60,808 nt of DNA, from positions 1 to 60,808 of the forward strand of contig JBKOZO010000090.1 in NCBI GenBank assembly GCA_046725935.1. The letters run 5' to 3'. Source of the DNA: Acidobacteriota bacterium. Its GTDB lineage: Bacteria; Acidobacteriota; Thermoanaerobaculia; UBA5066; Gp7-AA6. Each line of letters starts with the position of its first letter. The first letter of the stretch is position 1. The translations under genes and the position numbers were made by a program. The notes beneath the pieces are model-generated. The model ran no database searches. It saw only the letters and a list, made by a program, of their open reading frames with translations, and had not been told where the DNA came from. This document shows, one piece after another, positions 8,489 through 17,266 of the stretch.

Positions 8489-9449
8489 GAAGCGGATTGG
8501 CCGCGGGCTGAAAGGCAAAGTCGCGCTCGTGGCCGGCGCCACGCGCGGGGCCGGCCGCGGGATCGCGTGCATGCTCGGAGAGGCGGGAGCCACGGTCTAT
8601 TGCTCGGGCCGGAGCACGCGAGGGCATCCGCCCCGCGAGGGGCCGTATGCGGGTCGGCCCGAGACGATCGAGGAAACCGCGGAGATGGTCACGGCACGCG
8701 GAGGCGTCGGAATCGCCGCGCGCACGGACCATCTCGTGATCGAGGAAGTCCGGCAGCTCGTCGCCCGCATCCGGCGCGAGCAGGGACGGCTCGACGTCCT
8801 GGTCAACGACATTTCCGAGGGCGTCCTCCACGACTGGAAGCCGTTCTGGAAGGTCGATCTGGAGAAGGGATTCCGGGCGCTCAAGCAGGGAGTCGAATCG
8901 CACATCGTCACGAGCCACTGCGCGGCGCCACTGATGATCGAGAAGGGCGGCGGCGTGATCGTCGAGATCACCGACGGCGACTTCCTCGCCTACCACTCGA
9001 CTCTGTTCTACGACCTGGTCAAAACCAACGTGAACCGCCTCGCCTTCGCCATGGCCAACGAGCTCGCGCGCCACCGCGTAGCGGCGATCGCGGTCACCCC
9101 AGGATTCATGCGCACGGAGGCGATCCTCGACCGCCTCGGCGTCACCGAAGCGAACTGGAGAAAGGGCGTGAAGAAGAACAAGCACTTCGCCATGTCCGAG
9201 ACGCCGTTCTTCGTCGGACGAGCGGTCGCGGCATTGGCCGCGGACCCGAAGGTCATGGAGAAGTCGGGCGGCGTGTTCGCGTCGTGGACACTTTCGGATG
9301 AGTACGGCTTCACGGACGTCGACGGCGCGCGGCCGCACTGGGGGAAGTACGCCGCGGGTCGCTTCGACGACATGATCAAGTCCAAAGTCCCGTTCGACTG
9401 GACGCTGACGCGGAAGGCCAAACCCGACCGGCGTCGAAGGACTTCATAG
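8475..9449 (+). CDS. SDR family oxidoreductase (DHRS1-like)
   Basis: VAGATRGAGRGIA, LDVLVND, FYDLVK, AVTPGFMRTE; ATG at 8475 with GGAGG, overlapping the upstream stop. Confidence 0.88.
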   Translation: MRSARKRIGRGLKGKVALVAGATRGAGRGIACMLGEAGATVYCSGRSTRGHPPREGPYAGRPETIEETAEMVTARGGVGIAARTDHLVIEEVRQLVARIRREQGRLDVLVNDISEGVLHDWKPFWKVDLEKGFRALKQGVESHIVTSHCAAPLMIEKGGGVIVEITDGDFLAYHSTLFYDLVKTNVNRLAFAMANELARHRVAAIAVTPGFMRTEAILDRLGVTEANWRKGVKKNKHFAMSETPFFVGRAVAALAADPKVMEKSGGVFASWTLSDEYGFTDVDGARPHWGKYAAGRFDDMIKSKVPFDWTLTRKAKPDRRRRTS

Positions 9450-9528
9450 CCGTCATCCCGAGCGCAGCGAGGGATCCCGGACTCGTCGAGCTCGGGATCC
9501 CTCGTCGCTGCGCTCCTTGGCATGACGG
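9450..9528. repeat. REP-like palindromic element, family 1 (GTCATCC...GATGAC)
   Basis: The left 35 bp match 37801-37835 with 3 mismatches; the ends are inverted. Confidence 0.8.
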
Positions 9529-9593
9529 ACTTTCGATCTCCCGGAGTGGACCTGTCCGAAACTTTCCGACCGTCGCTTCGTCTCTCCTAGCGG

Positions 9594-12047
9594 ATGGACG
9601 TGTTTCTCCAGGACGTGCGCTACGCGTTGCGAGGACTTCGGCGGGCCCCCGGGTTCGCCGCCGCGGCGATCCTGACGCTGGCCCTGGGGATCGGCGCCAC
9701 GACCGCGATCTTCTCGGTCATGCGGGCCGTGCTCTTCTCGCCGCTGCCGTACGCAGACCCCGACCGCCGCGTCATGATCTGGAGCCGCTGGAAAGACTTC
9801 GACAAGACCTGGGTCGCCAACGGCGAGATCGTCGACTACCGCAAAGCGTCCACGACTCTCGAGAAGATCACGATGTGGGACCTCGACGAAGCCAACCTGA
9901 CGGGCAGCGGATCAGAGCCCGTCCGCGTCGGAGTGGGTTCCGTGGAAGCGGACACCTTCGAGACTCTGGGGTCCGGTCCCATTCTGGGGCGCACGTTCAC
10001 GCCGGAGGAAGACCGCCCCGGCGGACCGCCCGTCGCCGTTCTGGGATACGGCCTGTGGCAAAACCGCTACGGGGGAGATCCGCGCGTCGTCGGCGAGTCC
10101 ATCGAGCTCGACGGCGTGTCGCGGCGCGTCGTGGGAGTCATGCCCCGCGGCTTCGCGCTCCCGACCGACTACACGGTGTCCTCGTCGTCGCCGACGCAGC
10201 TGTGGATTCCGCTCCAGACGGATCCGAAGGATCTGACCCACGGCAATCACGGCTACTACGGCGCGGCCACGCTCGCGCGGAGCGCTACGGCGGCGAAGGC
10301 CACGCTGGAGCTGAAGACGATCACGTCGAACTGGACACGGGACGGCCTATATCCACCCGAGATGCGGTTCGAAGCCTTCGCGGTTCCTCTCGAGGACGAG
10401 ATCCGCGGCACCGCCCGCAAGGCTCTGACGCTGGTCTTCGGCGCGGTGGGATTCCTCCTCCTGATGGCCTGCGGCAACGTCGCGAATCTTCTCCTCGCGC
10501 GCTCGGAGGGAAGGCAGCGAGAGATCTCCGTGCGGGCCGCGATCGGCGCCGGCCAGGCGCGCTTGACGCGGCAGCTTCTGACCGAGAGCTTCGTCCTCGC
10601 CGCCTGCGGCGCGCTCGCGGGCGTGGGCCTCGCGTGGGCCGGCGTGCGCGCGATCGCCGCTCACGGCGCGGCGGGTCTTCCGTTGCTCGCGCCGATTCGC
10701 GTCGAGCCCGGGATTCTCCTGTTCGCCGGAGCCCTCTCCGTCCTGACGACCTTCCTCTTCGGGCTCGGTCCCGCCATCCAGATGCTCCGCCTGAACCTCT
10801 CCCAGTCTCTCCGCGAGGACGCCCGCGGCTCTTCGGCCGGGCTGCGCCGCCAGAGCCTGAGGGGCGTGCTGGCCAGCGTGCAGATGGGATTGGCTCTCGT
10901 CCTCCTGCTCGGCGCCGGACTCCTGCTTCGAAGTCTCGGCGCGCTCCTGCGCGTCGATCTCGGCTTCGAGCCGCGCCACGTCGTGACGCTGCAGCTGCGG
11001 CCGCCGGAGGCCGGCTACGCGAAGCCCGAGGCGGTCGCGGCTCTGTATCGGACGCTGCTCGAGCGCGTCCGCGGATTGCCGGGAGTCAGGTCCGCCGGAA
11101 TCGTGCGCTCCCTGCCGCTGGCGGCGTCGATCGGCGACTGGGGACTCGACGTCGAGGGTTTCGTCGAGACGCCCGGCCACAACGCCAAGGGAGACTGGCA
11201 GGTCGTCTCCGACGGGGCGCTCGAGGCTCTCGGCGAACGCGTCCTCCGCGGCCGACCCTTCGCCGAATCGGACACCGCGTCCTCGCTCCCCGTGGCGCTG
11301 GTCAACGAGACCTTCGCCCAGATCTACTGGCCCGGCCAGGACCCCATCGGCCGCCGCATCCGCATGGGTTCCGATAACGACCAGCGGCCGTGGATGACCG
11401 TCGTCGGCCTGGTCCGCAACGTGCGGCACAACGGCATCACGGAGATCATCAAGGAGAAGTTCTACGTGCCCCATTCCCAGTTCGCGCTGCAGACGGGCAA
11501 TACGCCCCGCAACATGACCCTGATCGTGCGGGCGGACGGGGACCCGCTCTCGCTCGTGGGCCCGATCCGGTCGGAGGTCCGGCGGCTCGATCCCAACCTG
11601 CCGCTCGCCAACGTCCGCACGATGACGCAGGTCGTCGACGCCTCGCTCGCCACGCCGAGGCTGACGTCTTTGCTGCTCTCGCTCTTCGCCGCCGTGGCCC
11701 TGCTGCTCGCGGCGGTCGGCGTGTCGGGCGTCCTCGCGTACCTCGTCAGCCGGAGACGCCGGGAAATCGGGATTCGCTTGGCCCTGGGCGCCTCGCGCGC
11801 CAACGTCCTGAATCTGATCCTTCGGCGGGGAATGCTCACGGCGGGCATAGGGGTCGCCGCCGGGCTCCTCGCGGCGCTCCTTCTCTCACGCCTGATGGAA
11901 GGTCTTCTCTACGGGGTGCCTGCGCGCGATCCCGCGACTTTTGCCGGCGCGGCGATGCTGCTGCTGGCCGTCGCGCTCGCCGCCAGTGCCGTCCCCGCCC
12001 TTCGGGCGTCGCGCGTGGATCCCCTGGAAGCCCTGCGGGCCGAATAG
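9594..12047 (+). CDS. ADOP family duplicated ABC permease (MacB-like)
   Basis: TLALGIGATTAIFS, LLMACGNVANLLLAR, REIGIRLALGA, terminal DPLEALRAE. Confidence 0.92.
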   Translation: MDVFLQDVRYALRGLRRAPGFAAAAILTLALGIGATTAIFSVMRAVLFSPLPYADPDRRVMIWSRWKDFDKTWVANGEIVDYRKASTTLEKITMWDLDEANLTGSGSEPVRVGVGSVEADTFETLGSGPILGRTFTPEEDRPGGPPVAVLGYGLWQNRYGGDPRVVGESIELDGVSRRVVGVMPRGFALPTDYTVSSSSPTQLWIPLQTDPKDLTHGNHGYYGAATLARSATAAKATLELKTITSNWTRDGLYPPEMRFEAFAVPLEDEIRGTARKALTLVFGAVGFLLLMACGNVANLLLARSEGRQREISVRAAIGAGQARLTRQLLTESFVLAACGALAGVGLAWAGVRAIAAHGAAGLPLLAPIRVEPGILLFAGALSVLTTFLFGLGPAIQMLRLNLSQSLREDARGSSAGLRRQSLRGVLASVQMGLALVLLLGAGLLLRSLGALLRVDLGFEPRHVVTLQLRPPEAGYAKPEAVAALYRTLLERVRGLPGVRSAGIVRSLPLAASIGDWGLDVEGFVETPGHNAKGDWQVVSDGALEALGERVLRGRPFAESDTASSLPVALVNETFAQIYWPGQDPIGRRIRMGSDNDQRPWMTVVGLVRNVRHNGITEIIKEKFYVPHSQFALQTGNTPRNMTLIVRADGDPLSLVGPIRSEVRRLDPNLPLANVRTMTQVVDASLATPRLTSLLLSLFAAVALLLAAVGVSGVLAYLVSRRRREIGIRLALGASRANVLNLILRRGMLTAGIGVAAGLLAALLLSRLMEGLLYGVPARDPATFAGAAMLLLAVALAASAVPALRASRVDPLEALRAE

Positions 12048-12243
12048 CCGGCATCGACCCATCGACCGCGCGGCACCATGGCGGGTCACCGCGTCACACA
12101 ACGAACAAAAAGCGCGGAAACACGACCCGGACGAAACTCTTTCGCGAGGATTTCGTCTTAAGGAGTGGACGCGGCGATTCCCGGCCGCATTGAAAAAGGC
12201 TCCAAAGTCCGGATGCCGCCAGGGTCACGGACTTCTTCCCTCA

Positions 12244-12278
12244 GCGCGGGCGGGTCACACCGCCCGCGCCTCCTTTTT
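12244..12278 (+). terminator. Intrinsic terminator
   Basis: 10-bp GC stem GCGCGGGCGG/CCGCCCGCGC followed by ctccTTTTT. Confidence 0.65.
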
Positions 12279-12451
12279 GAGGGGCTCGCCCTTACTGGCG
12301 GTCGCAAAAAAAACTCTGGCGCTCCAAGCGCTGCGGCGATATAAGGCGATCAAGAACGCGGGACCGCGCCCGCGAAAGAAACCGGCCATTGCCGGATCGA
12401 GGTAACAAACTGGTCCGCTGTCTCGAGCCCCGGTCGGCCTTTTGAGCGAGG

Positions 12452-12478
12452 GGCGCCGAAGGCGCCGTTTCTATTTTT
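12452..12478 (+). terminator. Terminator-like hairpin upstream of the 12513 gene (possible attenuator)
   Basis: GGCGCC-GAA-GGCGCC followed by gtttctattttt. Confidence 0.5.
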
Positions 12479-12512
12479 GCCGGCAACGGCGTTTGGTGGA
12501 ACGGAGTCGCGA

Positions 12513-12974
12513 ATGAAGCTGACGAGCGCGGGCGAAGCCTTGCAGCGGAAGGGCCGACGTTTTGTACAAGCCGCGGGACTGATCTTCTACGGCCTGGCCG
12601 CGCAGGGGCTTCTCACCGCGGGAGTCGGGGTTTATCTCTTTTTCGACGGCGAGAGCGGGGGAGACCTGCTCCTCCCGGCGACCGGCGCGGTACTCGCCGT
12701 CTGCTACGCCTTCGTCGGCTACCAGCTGCGCCGCCACCGCCTCTGGGCGCGCAACTTCGGCTTCGCCTTCGCCGGGATCAGCCTGTTCGCGTTTCCCGTC
12801 GGCACGATCCTCGGCGCCGTGATCGCACTGTGTCTGGACCGCGGAAACCGGGCCGGAATCTTTCCCCGGCAGCGGCGTCCGGTGCCCGCAGTTGCCGTAG
12901 CGGCCGCCGAAGACAGCACGCCGCCGCTGGGTTTCGAGCCCGTCGTGGCGCTTCCGAACGAACAGGCCGGCTGA
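12513..12974 (+). CDS. Hypothetical membrane protein (about 3 TM)
   Basis: Hydrophobic segments and an FPVGTILG motif; ATG with GGAG. Confidence 0.65.
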   Translation: MKLTSAGEALQRKGRRFVQAAGLIFYGLAAQGLLTAGVGVYLFFDGESGGDLLLPATGAVLAVCYAFVGYQLRRHRLWARNFGFAFAGISLFAFPVGTILGAVIALCLDRGNRAGIFPRQRRPVPAVAVAAAEDSTPPLGFEPVVALPNEQAG

Positions 12975-13010
12975 GACTCCTCGAGGCGCCGCCTGAACTA
13001 GGATTCGGGC

Positions 13011-13622
13011 GTGCCGCTTCTCTCGACCGTCCGGATCCCCGGCGGATTGCCGGGGGCGACGGCCATCCGCCCGTTCGAGATCGGCCGTACCGCGGTGACA
13101 AACCGCGATTACGCCGAGTTTCTGGCCGGCGGAAGAGCCTCGCCGCCGCCCTGGTGGGACGATCCGGCTTTTCGCGGGCCGGAGCAGCCGGTCGTGGGCG
13201 TGACGTGGCACGAAGCCGCGGACTTCGCCGCGTGGCTCTGCGAGAGCGACGGCGGGCGGTGGCGCCTGCCGACGGAGGCGGAGTGGGAGTGCGCGATGAG
13301 CGGCGGGCTGGTGCGTCCGAAGACCGCGTGGGGCGACGCGATTCCGCCGGGCGAGATCCCGGAGGGTCCGATCTCGGGTCCGTGGGAGGTGGGCCGGGGC
13401 ACGCCCAACCGCTATGGCGTCTGCGATCCCGGCACCATCGTCCACGAGTGGTGCCTGGACCGGCGCGAACCGATCCGGCCCGGCGCACCGGCGCGCATGG
13501 GAAGCCGCGGCGGATCCTGGCGCCATCGCGTCCGGTGGTCACCGCCGTCGGCCTCGAGCAGTCTGCCGCCGGAGTACCGCTACTCCGACTACGGCTTTCG
13601 CGTTCTGCGAGAAGGGAAATGA
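13011..13622 (+). CDS. SUMF1/EgtB/PvdO (FGE-sulfatase) domain protein
   Basis: [39 protein letters not shown]. Confidence 0.88.
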   Translation: MPLLSTVRIPGGLPGATAIRPFEIGRTAVTNRDYAEFLAGGRASPPPWWDDPAFRGPEQPVVGVTWHEAADFAAWLCESDGGRWRLPTEAEWECAMSGGLVRPKTAWGDAIPPGEIPEGPISGPWEVGRGTPNRYGVCDPGTIVHEWCLDRREPIRPGAPARMGSRGGSWRHRVRWSPPSASSSLPPEYRYSDYGFRVLREGK

Positions 13623-13638
13623 CGGAGAGGAGGCGGGT

Positions 13639-13974
13639 GTGCTCAATCGCGCTTTCGTGACTACGGCCCAGGAGCTCCCCGGGTATCGCATCGTGCGCAA
13701 TCTCGGCGTCGTGCGCGGAATCGTCGTACGATCGCGGAGCATCGTCGGCACAGTCGGCGCCGGAATCCAGAGCCTCTTCGGAGGCAACATCACGCTCTGG
13801 ACCGAGATGTGCGAGCGCGCGCGCCAGGAGGCCTTCGACTTGATGGCGCGTCACGCCGAGGAGATGGGCGCGAACGCCGTCGTCGTCGTGCGCTACGACG
13901 CCAACGAGGTCTCGGCCGGCGTGACCGAGGTGCTGGCGTACGGGTCGGCCTGTGTCGTGGAAACGCAGCGTTAG
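13639..13974 (+). CDS. YbjQ/UPF0145 family protein
   Basis: [37 protein letters not shown] with GGAGG. Confidence 0.9.
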   Translation: MLNRAFVTTAQELPGYRIVRNLGVVRGIVVRSRSIVGTVGAGIQSLFGGNITLWTEMCERARQEAFDLMARHAEEMGANAVVVVRYDANEVSAGVTEVLAYGSACVVETQR

Positions 13975-13983
13975 GAGGGCGCG

Positions 13984-14274
13984 ATGAAGGGAATCCTGAT
14001 CTGGGTCCTGGCGGGAGCTCTCATGGGAATCACCGCCGCTTCGTTCATCGTGCCGCCGATGCTGTCCTGGTACAACGAGGCGGGCTATCTCTCCAATGCC
14101 GGACAGCCGGCGGCCATGGTGAATCTGCCCGATGTCGTGCGCTACTCGACGACGCGCTTGATCCGCGGACAGGCGATCGGAGCGGCCATCGGCGCGGTCG
14201 TGTTTTTCGTGCTCGGCCTCGCTCTGGGAAGAAAACGCCCGCGCCACACCGCCGCGACGACGGCTCCTCCCTAG
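13984..14274 (+). CDS. Small hypothetical membrane protein (2 TM)
   Basis: AGGAGG RBS; two hydrophobic helices. Confidence 0.7.
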   Translation: MKGILIWVLAGALMGITAASFIVPPMLSWYNEAGYLSNAGQPAAMVNLPDVVRYSTTRLIRGQAIGAAIGAVVFFVLGLALGRKRPRHTAATTAPP

Positions 14275-14285
14275 CTCTCGAGAAG

Positions 14286-14321
14286 AAAAAAAAAGGCGCC
14301 GGCGGCGCGTGGCCGCCGGCG
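14286..14321 (-). terminator. Minus-strand intrinsic terminator with no annotated minus-strand gene
   Basis: 10-bp stem CGCCGGCGGC/GCCGCCGGCG, with U9 on the minus strand (A9 at 14286-14294). Confidence 0.7.
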
Positions 14322-14472
14322 TACGGAGGAGAGAACGACGGAGGTGACCGAAACTCGGCGTCGCTGGTCGAGCGCGTCGAGATGTCCGCCGACCGACGTC
14401 AGATTAGGATTCGAGGCGGAGCGGGCGGCGGAATTTCATCGGACGCTCACGAAACGCTGAGGAGTCATTAAC

Positions 14473-15123
14473 TTGGCGCAAATCACTCGAACCGATTACC
14501 GCGTCGACGGGCCTGAGGGCGCAGCCGCCACGATCGCGCTGGCGCACGGCGCCGGCGCTCCGATGGATTCGCCCTTCATGAACCGCGTTGCGGCGGGCCT
14601 CGCGGCACGCGGATTCCGCGTCGTGCGATTCGAATTTCCGTACATGGCCAGGCGCCGCGAGGGGGGCAAGCGCGGCGCGCCCGATCGCCCGCCCGTCCTG
14701 CTCGAGCGCTGGAAGGAGGTCGTCGCATCCCTCGGGGGCGGCGGAGGGCTCGTCGTCGGCGGCAAGTCCCTCGGGGGGCGGATCGCCAGCATGATCGCTG
14801 ACGAGGTAGGCGCCCGCGGTCTCGTCTGCTTCGGCTATCCGTTTCATCCGCCCGGCGACCCATCGCGCCTGCGCACGGCGCACCTGGAGACTCTCGCCAC
14901 GCCGGCGCTGATCCTCCAGGGGACCCGTGATGCGTTCGGGAACCGCGAGGATGTTTCGGGTTACCGGCTCTCGCCGGCGATCCGGATCCGCTGGCTCGAA
15001 GGGGGCGATCACTCCTTCAAGCCACCCGCGGCCTCCGGACGGACCGAGAAGCAGAACGTCGAAGAGGCGATCGGGGCGGCGGCGGACTTCGTGGAGGGTC
15101 TTTTCGGGACCCGTTCCGGCTGA
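14473..15123 (+). CDS. Alpha/beta hydrolase family protein
   Basis: LAHGAGAPMDS, GGKSLGGR nucleophile elbow, QGTRD, GGDHSF; TTG start with AGGAG. Confidence 0.9.
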   Translation: MAQITRTDYRVDGPEGAAATIALAHGAGAPMDSPFMNRVAAGLAARGFRVVRFEFPYMARRREGGKRGAPDRPPVLLERWKEVVASLGGGGGLVVGGKSLGGRIASMIADEVGARGLVCFGYPFHPPGDPSRLRTAHLETLATPALILQGTRDAFGNREDVSGYRLSPAIRIRWLEGGDHSFKPPAASGRTEKQNVEEAIGAAADFVEGLFGTRSG

Positions 15124-15174
15124 CCGCTGCAACCCTCGGCGGCGATCGCGGGTTCTGAGACTGCAGGAGGGACT

Positions 15175-15369
15175 ATGCGGAAGCTCCGACGCGGAACCTT
15201 TTTCTCCTGCGTAAGGACGACCGGGATCTACCGTCTTCCGACCTGCGCCGCGCGGCCCAAGCCCGAGAACGTGGTCTTTCATCCGACTCGAGCGGCGGCG
15301 AAGCGGGCGGGGTTCCGTCCCTGCAAGCGTTGCCAGCCCGATCGGTTCCGAGGCGAGAGCGCGGCATGA
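15175..15369 (+). CDS. Standalone Ada metal-binding domain protein (Cys38-equivalent replaced by Arg)
   Basis: VRTTGIYRLPTC...ENVVF...AGFRPCKRCQP. Confidence 0.8.
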   Translation: MRKLRRGTFFSCVRTTGIYRLPTCAARPKPENVVFHPTRAAAKRAGFRPCKRCQPDRFRGESAA

Positions 15370-16109
15370 CGCCCGCGGCCGCGGCGGGTGTGTCCGCCTC
15401 GTCGAGCATCTCCGATCGCGTCGCGGCGCGGGACTGGCAGAGTGCCGCCGAACGGCTCGACCGACGGGGCTGGACGATCCTGGAAGGGCTCGTGACGGCC
15501 GACGAGTGCGCCGGCCTGGCCGATCGCTACGGCGAGGAGGCCCGCTTTCGCAGCCGCATCGAGATGGCGCGGCATGGATTCGGGAGCGGGGAGTACAAGT
15601 ACTTCGCCTACCCGCTGCCCGAGATCGTGGCCGAGTTGCGCAAGGCTCTGTATCCGCGTTTCGCTCCGATTGCGGACCGCTGGAACCGGGCGCTCCGAAT
15701 CCCCATCCGTCATCCGGATACGCTCGACGAGTACCTCCAGCGCTGCCACGCCGCGGGCCAGAACCGACCGACGCCGCTGTTGCTGCGGTACGGCCCTGGC
15801 GACTACAACCGGCTTCACCAGGACCTCTACGGCGAGCACGTCTTCCCGATCCAGGTCGCGATACTCCTCTCTCAGCCCGGGGAGGACTTCACAGGCGGGG
15901 AGTTCGTGCTGACCGAGCAGCGGCCGAGGACGCAGTCGCGGGCAATGGTCGTGCCCTTGCGCCGCGGCGACGCGGTCGCGTTCGCGGTCAATGACCGGCC
16001 GGTCGAGGGGCGGCGAGGTTTCTTTCGCGTCAAGATGCGGCACGGCGTGAGCGAGTTGCGATCCGGCGAGCGATACACCCTCGGCGTCATCTTTCACGAC
16101 GCGAAGTGA
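15366..16109 (+). CDS. 2OG-Fe(II) oxygenase (Oxygenase-NA/DUF2086-like)
   Basis: GEYKYFAYPLP, PTPLLLRY, LHQDLYGE, RHGVS; ATGA overlap with the Ada gene. Confidence 0.9.
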   Translation: MTPAAAAGVSASSSISDRVAARDWQSAAERLDRRGWTILEGLVTADECAGLADRYGEEARFRSRIEMARHGFGSGEYKYFAYPLPEIVAELRKALYPRFAPIADRWNRALRIPIRHPDTLDEYLQRCHAAGQNRPTPLLLRYGPGDYNRLHQDLYGEHVFPIQVAILLSQPGEDFTGGEFVLTEQRPRTQSRAMVVPLRRGDAVAFAVNDRPVEGRRGFFRVKMRHGVSELRSGERYTLGVIFHDAK

Positions 16110-17266
16110 ACATCCGCTCCTTCCGCCCCGAGGCTCCCGAGTCCGCGCTGGCGGACCTGCGCGAGCGTCTGGCCCGAACGCGCTGGCCGGATTACGAGGA
16201 AAACGGGGACTGGAGCCGGGGAACGCCTCTGCCGATCCTGCGCGAGCTCGTCGAGCACTGGCGCACGCAGTTCGACTGGAGGGAAGTCGAAGCGAGGATC
16301 TCGGCGCTTCCGAATTTCGTCGCGGACGTGGACGGGTTCGAAATTCACTTCCTTCACCTGCGCGGAGAAGGTCCGGCGCCGTTTCCCATGATCGTGACGC
16401 ACGGGTGGCCGGGCTCGTTTCTGGAGATGCTGGAGCTCGCGGAGCGGCTGGCGAATCCCTCGAAGGAGGGCGCGGACCCGGGCGACGGCTTCGACGTGAT
16501 CGTGCCGTCGCTTCCCGGCTACGGCTACTCGCAGAAGCCGCGCGCACCGGGGATGCACACCAAGAAGATCGCGGAGCTCTGGGGGAGCCTGATGACGGGG
16601 CTTGAGTACGAGCGCTTCGGCGCGCAAGGTGGAGATTGGGGCGCGACGATCTCCACCCGTCTGGCGATGCAATTTCCGGAAAGGGTCGCCGGCATTCATC
16701 TCAATTACCTCCCCGGCTCGTACGCGCCGCACACGGGCCCGGGCGCGCGGCCGCTGTCGCCCGGCGAAGAGAAGTTTCTGGCGGACCGCGACCGCTGGCG
16801 CGAGGAGGAAGGCGCGTACGGCCACCTGCAGGCGACGCGCCCGCGGACGCTCGCCTACGGCTTGAACGACTCCCCGGTCGGACTGCTCGCCTGGATCCTC
16901 GAAAAGCTCCGCAACTGGAGCGACTGCGGCGGCGACGTCTTCTCGCGTTTCTCGGCCGACACGCTGCTGGCCCACGTCACTCTATACTGGTTGACCGGGA
17001 CCATCGGATCCTCGGCCGCGCTGTACGCCGAAGCCGGCGCCGTGCCGCTCCGGTTCGGTCCCGGCGAAAAAGTGCCGGTGCCGTGCGGCGTCGCGCGCTT
17101 TCCCAGGGAGGAGCCGATGCCACCGCGAGACTGGGCCGAGCGCGCCTACGACGTCGTGCGCTGGACCGAGATGCCTCGCGGCGGGCACTTCGCCGCGATG
17201 GAGGAGCCGGCTCTCCTGGCGGCCGACGTGCGCGAGTTCTTCCGGCCGCTACGCACCCGCGCCTAG
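16106..17266 (+). CDS. Epoxide hydrolase family protein
   Basis: HGWPGSFLE, PSLPGYGYS, QGGDWGA, GGHFAAME. Confidence 0.93.
   Translation: MNIRSFRPEAPESALADLRERLARTRWPDYEENGDWSRGTPLPILRELVEHWRTQFDWREVEARISALPNFVADVDGFEIHFLHLRGEGPAPFPMIVTHGWPGSFLEMLELAERLANPSKEGADPGDGFDVIVPSLPGYGYSQKPRAPGMHTKKIAELWGSLMTGLEYERFGAQGGDWGATISTRLAMQFPERVAGIHLNYLPGSYAPHTGPGARPLSPGEEKFLADRDRWREEEGAYGHLQATRPRTLAYGLNDSPVGLLAWILEKLRNWSDCGGDVFSRFSADTLLAHVTLYWLTGTIGSSAALYAEAGAVPLRFGPGEKVPVPCGVARFPREEPMPPRDWAERAYDVVRWTEMPRGGHFAAMEEPALLAADVREFFRPLRTRA

Noticed and set aside
12360-12480. Possible known riboswitch (c-di-GMP, guanidine, SAM, TPP) upstream of 12513
   Set aside because: The conserved cores of those classes are absent; kept only as an unassigned structured region.
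14455-14472. Minus-strand TAATGACTCCT resembling a fluoride riboswitch 3' end
   Set aside because: It is simply the reverse complement of the SD region of the 14473 gene; the 5' aptamer half is missing.
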